Part shown: positions 51,699 to 55,761 of the stretch, piece after piece
Layout: every line of letters starts with the position of its first letter
How positions within the stretch are numbered: position 1 is the stretch's first letter
Assembly: GCA_001805575.1 (NCBI GenBank)
Contig: MHGN01000054.1
Span: 1-55,761, forward strand
Length of the DNA: 55,761 bases
Origin: Omnitrophica WOR_2 bacterium RIFCSPHIGHO2_02_FULL_45_21
GTDB lineage: Bacteria > Omnitrophota > Gorgyraeia > Gygaellales > UBA12090
Direction of reading: 5' to 3'
Made by a program: the position numbers and the translations under genes
Notes under the pieces: generated by a model
The model's input: only the letters and a program-made list of their open reading frames with translations
Database searches by the model: none
Told to the model about the DNA's origin: nothing

Positions 51699-52630
51699 CG
51701 CTGGTTATTTCCGTACCAATCAATAGTTAATTTTAGCGCCTGAGCAAAAGAGAATTTCGGCTGCCAGCCCAGGCCTTTTAATTTAGCACAATCCAGCGCA
51801 TAGCGCCTATCATGACCGGGCCTATCCTTTACATATTGAATAAACTCTTGAGGCCTTTTCATAAGTTTTAAAATCTTCTTGGTCATTACGATATTCGTAA
51901 TCTCATTACCTGCCCCAATATTATAGATTTCTCCGACTTTCCCTTTATGCAGGATACAATCAATAGCGCTGCAGTTGTCTAAGACAAAAATCCAATCACG
52001 CCTGTTTTGTCCATCCCCGTATAGCGGAACCTTTCTTCCTTCTAAAATATTGGTTACAAATAAGGGAATAATTTTTTCCGGATATTGGTAAGGGCCAAAA
52101 TTATTAGAGGAGCGGGTAATCACGATGGGAAGTTTGTAGGTTACATAGTAAGACCTCACCAAATGGTCGCCTGCGGCCTTGCTTGCCGCATAAGGGCTAT
52201 TGGGTAGAAGGGGGTCAACTTCCCTAGACCTCCCGCTTAGAATACTTCCGTAAGTTTCATCAGTAGATATCTGAAAAAAAAGTTTTATCCCGCTCTTTTG
52301 CGCCGCGCTTAATAAAACAAATGTCCCGTAAATATTAGTTTTAATAAAATCTGACGCGTCTTTGATAGAACGGTCAACATGGGTTGAAGCGGCAAAGTTA
52401 ACAATTACGTCAATTTTTTTAACAAGCCTATGCATAAGTTTTTCATCGCAGATATCGCCTTTGACAAAGGTATAGTTTCTATTATTTACGATATCTTTTA
52501 AATTATCCAGATTCCCCGCATAAGTTAATATATCCAGATTAATTATTTTATAGGAAGGATACCGGTTTAAAATATATCTAATAAAATTTGAGCCGATAAA
52601 TCCCGCTCCTCCGGTAATTAATAATCTCAT
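51668..52630 (-). CDS. rfbB: dTDP-glucose 4,6-dehydratase
   Basis: LITGGAGFIGSNF, ISTDETYG and YAASKA motifs. Confidence 0.9.
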   Translation of the reverse strand: MRLLITGGAGFIGSNFIRYILNRYPSYKIINLDILTYAGNLDNLKDIVNNRNYTFVKGDICDEKLMHRLVKKIDVIVNFAASTHVDRSIKDASDFIKTNIYGTFVLLSAAQKSGIKLFFQISTDETYGSILSGRSREVDPLLPNSPYAASKAAGDHLVRSYYVTYKLPIVITRSSNNFGPYQYPEKIIPLFVTNILEGRKVPLYGDGQNRRDWIFVLDNCSAIDCILHKGKVGEIYNIGAGNEITNIVMTKKILKLMKRPQEFIQYVKDRPGHDRRYALDCAKLKGLGWQPKFSFAQALKLTIDWYGNNQRWWKRLKRQS

Positions 52631-52634
52631 ATAG

Positions 52635-53390
52635 TTATTCTTTATCTTCTCGCAAGAGTTTCTTTCTCATCAGGGCTGTCGCGCGGTAGAGAGTCTCCGG
52701 CATGCCGCAGTCTGTCCACCAACAATCCAGGATATCATAATAGAGCTGATTATTTTTCAGGTAGGCATTATTTACGTCGGTTATTTCCAGCTCGCCGCGC
52801 CTTGAGGGCTTTAGAGTCCTGACAATGTCAAAGACCTTATGGTCATACATATATATCCCGGTGATCACATAATTAGACTTTGGCTTTTTGGGTTTCTCGG
52901 CGATAGAAATAATCCTCCCCTCGTTGATTTCCGCGACTCCGAAGCGATGCGGGTCGCTGACCTCCTTGATCAGAACCCTTGCCCCGTTTTCCTGTTTCTT
53001 AAATCTCTGAACATACTTCTTTATTGAGCCTCCGATAAGGTTATCTCCCAGGATAACCACCACCTTTGAGCGATCAACAAAATGTTCCGTCAGGCCTAAG
53101 GCCTCGGCGATGCCGCCTTCTCCTCTCTGGTAAGTATAATTTATATGGCGCAGGCCGAATTCTGAACCGTTACCAATCAGGCGCAAGAAATCCCCGGCAT
53201 TATTTCCGCCGGTGACAATCATAATGTCTTTTATTCCTGCCTCAACAAGAGTATGGATCGGATAAAACACCATCGGCCTGTTATAGACCGGCAAGAGGTG
53301 TTTATTGGTAATGCGGGTTAACGGTTCAAGGCGCTTTCCCAGTCCGCCGCATAAAACTACTCCCTTGAGATAGCCATCTTCAGGCATCAT
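52635..53390 (-). CDS. glucose-1-phosphate thymidylyltransferase-like sugar nucleotidyltransferase (short form)
   Basis: GVVLCGGLGKRLEPLTRITNKHLLPV, in rml synteny. Confidence 0.8.
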   Translation of the reverse strand: MMPEDGYLKGVVLCGGLGKRLEPLTRITNKHLLPVYNRPMVFYPIHTLVEAGIKDIMIVTGGNNAGDFLRLIGNGSEFGLRHINYTYQRGEGGIAEALGLTEHFVDRSKVVVILGDNLIGGSIKKYVQRFKKQENGARVLIKEVSDPHRFGVAEINEGRIISIAEKPKKPKSNYVITGIYMYDHKVFDIVRTLKPSRRGELEITDVNNAYLKNNQLYYDILDCWWTDCGMPETLYRATALMRKKLLREDKE

Positions 53391-53833
53391 CTTCTCCAGT
53401 TATAGGGGATATCGTTGTCATAAGGGTCGAGCCGATATTCGTCGGGCTTACGGTAATTATATGGCGCTGTCGGGATATTGATTACCATTGCCTCATCGCT
53501 GCTAACGCATTTGAAACCGTGATAGACATTCCTGGGGATCTTAACCAAGAAAGGATTATCTAAGCCCAGCTTAAATTCATTGATTTCCTTATAGGTTTTT
53601 GATTTTCTTCTAGCATCATATAGAGCTAACCTCATTACTCCTTTTACGCAGGCAAAATAATCGTCCTGCTTTTTATGATAATGCCAGGCCTTGGCTACCT
53701 TGGGATAAGCGGTGGTAAAGTAGACCTGGCCGAATCTTGAAAAAATCTTCTCATCGCTGCGCAGCAGCTCCATAAGCCGTCCGCGCTCATCAGTGAGCAG
53801 TTTTAGTTTTTTTACTTTAACTCCTTTTATCAT
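53387..53833 (-). CDS. RmlC-like cupin (dTDP-4-dehydrorhamnose 3,5-epimerase-related)
   Basis: 148 aa with a cupin pattern (AWHYHKKQDDYF...YHGF) and its position in the rml block. Confidence 0.6.
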   Translation of the reverse strand: MIKGVKVKKLKLLTDERGRLMELLRSDEKIFSRFGQVYFTTAYPKVAKAWHYHKKQDDYFACVKGVMRLALYDARRKSKTYKEINEFKLGLDNPFLVKIPRNVYHGFKCVSSDEAMVINIPTAPYNYRKPDEYRLDPYDNDIPYNWRR

Positions 53834-53903
53834 CTTCTAGGCTTATATATCTTCAACAGTCATTCTGTTATCAGGATGAGTTATTTGACAGATGCTATTA
53901 ACA

Positions 53904-55217
53904 TTACTTACCATTAGCCCTGCCAATGCCGATATAGTGAAAACCTAATTTTTTTAATTCCTGCGGCTCATAGATATTCCTGGCGTCAACAATTATCGGT
54001 TGAGCCATGATTTTCTTTAAGCGCAGGAAATCTATCTCTTTAAACTCATTCCACTCGGTAGTAATCACCAAACAATCGCTGCCTTTTGCAGCGTGATAAA
54101 CATCTTTACAGAACTTAACGTCATTAAGAATCCTGGATGCCTTGTCCATACTCTGAGGATCAAAGGCCTTTACCTTTGCGCCCTCCTTCTGCAGCTGCAG
54201 GATTATCTCTAAGGCCGGCGCATTACGTAAATCATCCGTATTGGGCTTAAAAGACAAACCTAATATGGCTATATGTTTATCTTTGAGCAGCCATAGGACG
54301 TCTTTAATCTTCTTAATCAAATGTCTTTTTTGAGCCTGGTTAATCTCTCTTACCGCCTTCAAAAGCTCAAAATCATACCCGATTTTTCTGGCTATTGTAA
54401 TAAAGGCGTCCAGATCCTTAGGAAAACAGGAACCTCCGTATCCTACCCCGGCATCTAAAAAGGCCCTGCCAATTCTTTTATCCAGTCCCATGCCATCGGC
54501 AACCTTGGTTACGTCAGCGCCAACCCGCTCGCAAATCTGGGCAATGGCATTGATAAAAGAAATTTTAGTTGCCAGGAATGAATTTGAGGCGTGCTTGATC
54601 AGCTCAGCAGACTTAATATCAGTAATGACGATCTGTGCCCTCAAAGGTTTATAGAGCTCAAGGAGCAGCTTTTTTGCTCTCTGTGATTCCACGCCTATTA
54701 CAATTCTATCCGGATTCATAAAATCACGTATGGCCTGGCCTTCACGCAAGAACTCGGGGTTTGAGGCAACGTCAAATGTGAGCCTTTCTCTTCTGGATTT
54801 GGGCAGATTTACCTTTATGGTATGCGTAAGCCAAAAACCGGTCTCAACCGGAACCGTGGATTTCTCTACAATCAACTTATAGCCATTCATATTCCGGGCA
54901 ATAATTTTTGCCACATTCTCCACCCCGGTTAAATCTGCTTCCCCGTTCTCAAGAGAGGGTGTGCCTACGGCAATGAAAATAATCTCGGAGCTTTCCACCG
55001 CGTCTTTTATGTTGGCGGTAAACCTCAGTCGTTTCTCTTTAGCATTATTTCTCACCAGATCTTCAAGCCCTGGTTCATAGATAGGCATGCGCAGGTTTTT
55101 AAGCTGCTTTATCTTCTCAGGGTCATTATCAGCGCAGATTACGCTATTGCCTAAGTCCGCAAGACAGACTCCCGTTACCAAACCTACATATCCTGTGCCG
55201 ATAATAGAAATATTCAT
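53904..55217 (-). CDS. ugd: UDP-glucose 6-dehydrogenase
   Basis: ISIIGTGYVGLV, NPEFLREG and the catalytic GGSCFPKD motifs. Confidence 0.9.
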   Translation of the reverse strand: MNISIIGTGYVGLVTGVCLADLGNSVICADNDPEKIKQLKNLRMPIYEPGLEDLVRNNAKEKRLRFTANIKDAVESSEIIFIAVGTPSLENGEADLTGVENVAKIIARNMNGYKLIVEKSTVPVETGFWLTHTIKVNLPKSRRERLTFDVASNPEFLREGQAIRDFMNPDRIVIGVESQRAKKLLLELYKPLRAQIVITDIKSAELIKHASNSFLATKISFINAIAQICERVGADVTKVADGMGLDKRIGRAFLDAGVGYGGSCFPKDLDAFITIARKIGYDFELLKAVREINQAQKRHLIKKIKDVLWLLKDKHIAILGLSFKPNTDDLRNAPALEIILQLQKEGAKVKAFDPQSMDKASRILNDVKFCKDVYHAAKGSDCLVITTEWNEFKEIDFLRLKKIMAQPIIVDARNIYEPQELKKLGFHYIGIGRANGK

Positions 55218-55226
55218 AAAAATAAG

Positions 55227-55761
55227 TTATTCATTCCGATACCCCTGAGAACCCGGCTTTGGCTCATGGTAAATCTGGCCATAATCAATAGACATTTCAG
55301 GAAATGCCTTCAGCCGCAAGGCAAGCCAGATTGTTTCTCCTCTTTCCCTTAACACATTATACTTTATATCCAATATCCAGCAATGTAGTTCCTTAGAAAG
55401 ACTATAGTCCTGCTCCTTTACCAAACTATTGCCTTTAAATTGTAATCTTTGATAGACCTTAAAGGACCATCCCTTTATTAAGTTAAATAAAATTTCTCCG
55501 GTCATCTGACTGCTTGACTTCCTTTCGTAACGGTAACCGCCTCCGAAAGAAATATCCTTTCCCGATGCCTTAAGGTCAAAATTGGCGAAAGTAAAATGGC
55601 GTTTCCTGCGATCAAACTTTGCATCTGACTCAAAGCTCATCCAATCATACGGCAGCATCTCCAGATCAAAAGTTATATTATCTCCTAAACTACGCCTGCG
55701 TCCTTCAATGTTAAACGAATAATTATTGTTGGCAATAAAACGTAAAAAATCAACCGTCTTA
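55227..55761 (-). CDS. LptD/OstA-like outer-membrane beta-barrel protein, C-terminal part; the 5' end runs off the window
   Basis: The frame stays open upstream of the listed Met to the window edge (KTVDFLRFIANNNYSFNIEGRRR...). It has an alternating beta-strand pattern and an HCWILDIKY...LRLKAF tail resembling the LptD C-terminus. Confidence 0.45.
   Translation of the reverse strand, partial: KTVDFLRFIANNNYSFNIEGRRRSLGDNITFDLEMLPYDWMSFESDAKFDRRKRHFTFANFDLKASGKDISFGGGYRYERKSSSQMTGEILFNLIKGWSFKVYQRLQFKGNSLVKEQDYSLSKELHCWILDIKYNVLRERGETIWLALRLKAFPEMSIDYGQIYHEPKPGSQGYRNE

Overview
This 55.8-kb window is compact, AT-leaning chromosome from a diderm bacterium (LptD-like, SurA-like and secretin genes are present). 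I call about 58 protein genes, and all but one are on the minus strand. Many junctions are 1-40 nt overlaps, so the window reads as one long co-directional housekeeping array. In transcription order (high to low coordinate) it contains:
- lptD' and a dTDP-rhamnose/UDP-sugar block (ugd, rmlC-like, rmlA-like, rmlB, rmlD, NDP-sugar dehydrogenase)
- a small HTH gene overlapping smc
- a lone plus-strand GAF-GGDEF cyclase
- recA-htrA-recX-alaS
- hisD-B-H-A-F-I followed by trpE
- rpsP, yajC, secDF, a short mfd, then surA-like-pdxA-rsmA
- a type IV pilus operon (pilA, three minor pilins, pilMNOPQ)
- a short DUF2344 gene, rng, rplU, obg, proB, proA, nadD, rpe, pgm, plsC, rpsA, tyrS
- an accessory-looking tail: flippase, two GT2 genes, a B12-radical SAM, a SemiSWEET, a nucleotidyltransferase plus small ORF, and a serine protease preceded by a free-standing copy of its own N-terminal domain.

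I found no rRNA, tRNA, CRISPR array, transposase or integrase.

Four observations deserve the most attention:
1. Roughly 28-bp tandem heptamer or octamer arrays sit inside the coding sequence of conserved enzymes (B12-rSAM, pdxA, hisF, hisH, hisB). One unit recurs in an intergenic spacer.
2. A promoter, a GEMM-I (c-di-GMP-I)-like aptamer and an intrinsic terminator form a leader in front of the major pilin gene.
3. There is a population of GC-rich perfect hairpins and a dispersed short repeat that ends at TTG start codons.
4. The protease with its stand-alone pro-domain paralog and the nucleotidyltransferase pair lie at the window edge.

All protein calls rest on motif recognition from the supplied translations. 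No database search was run.
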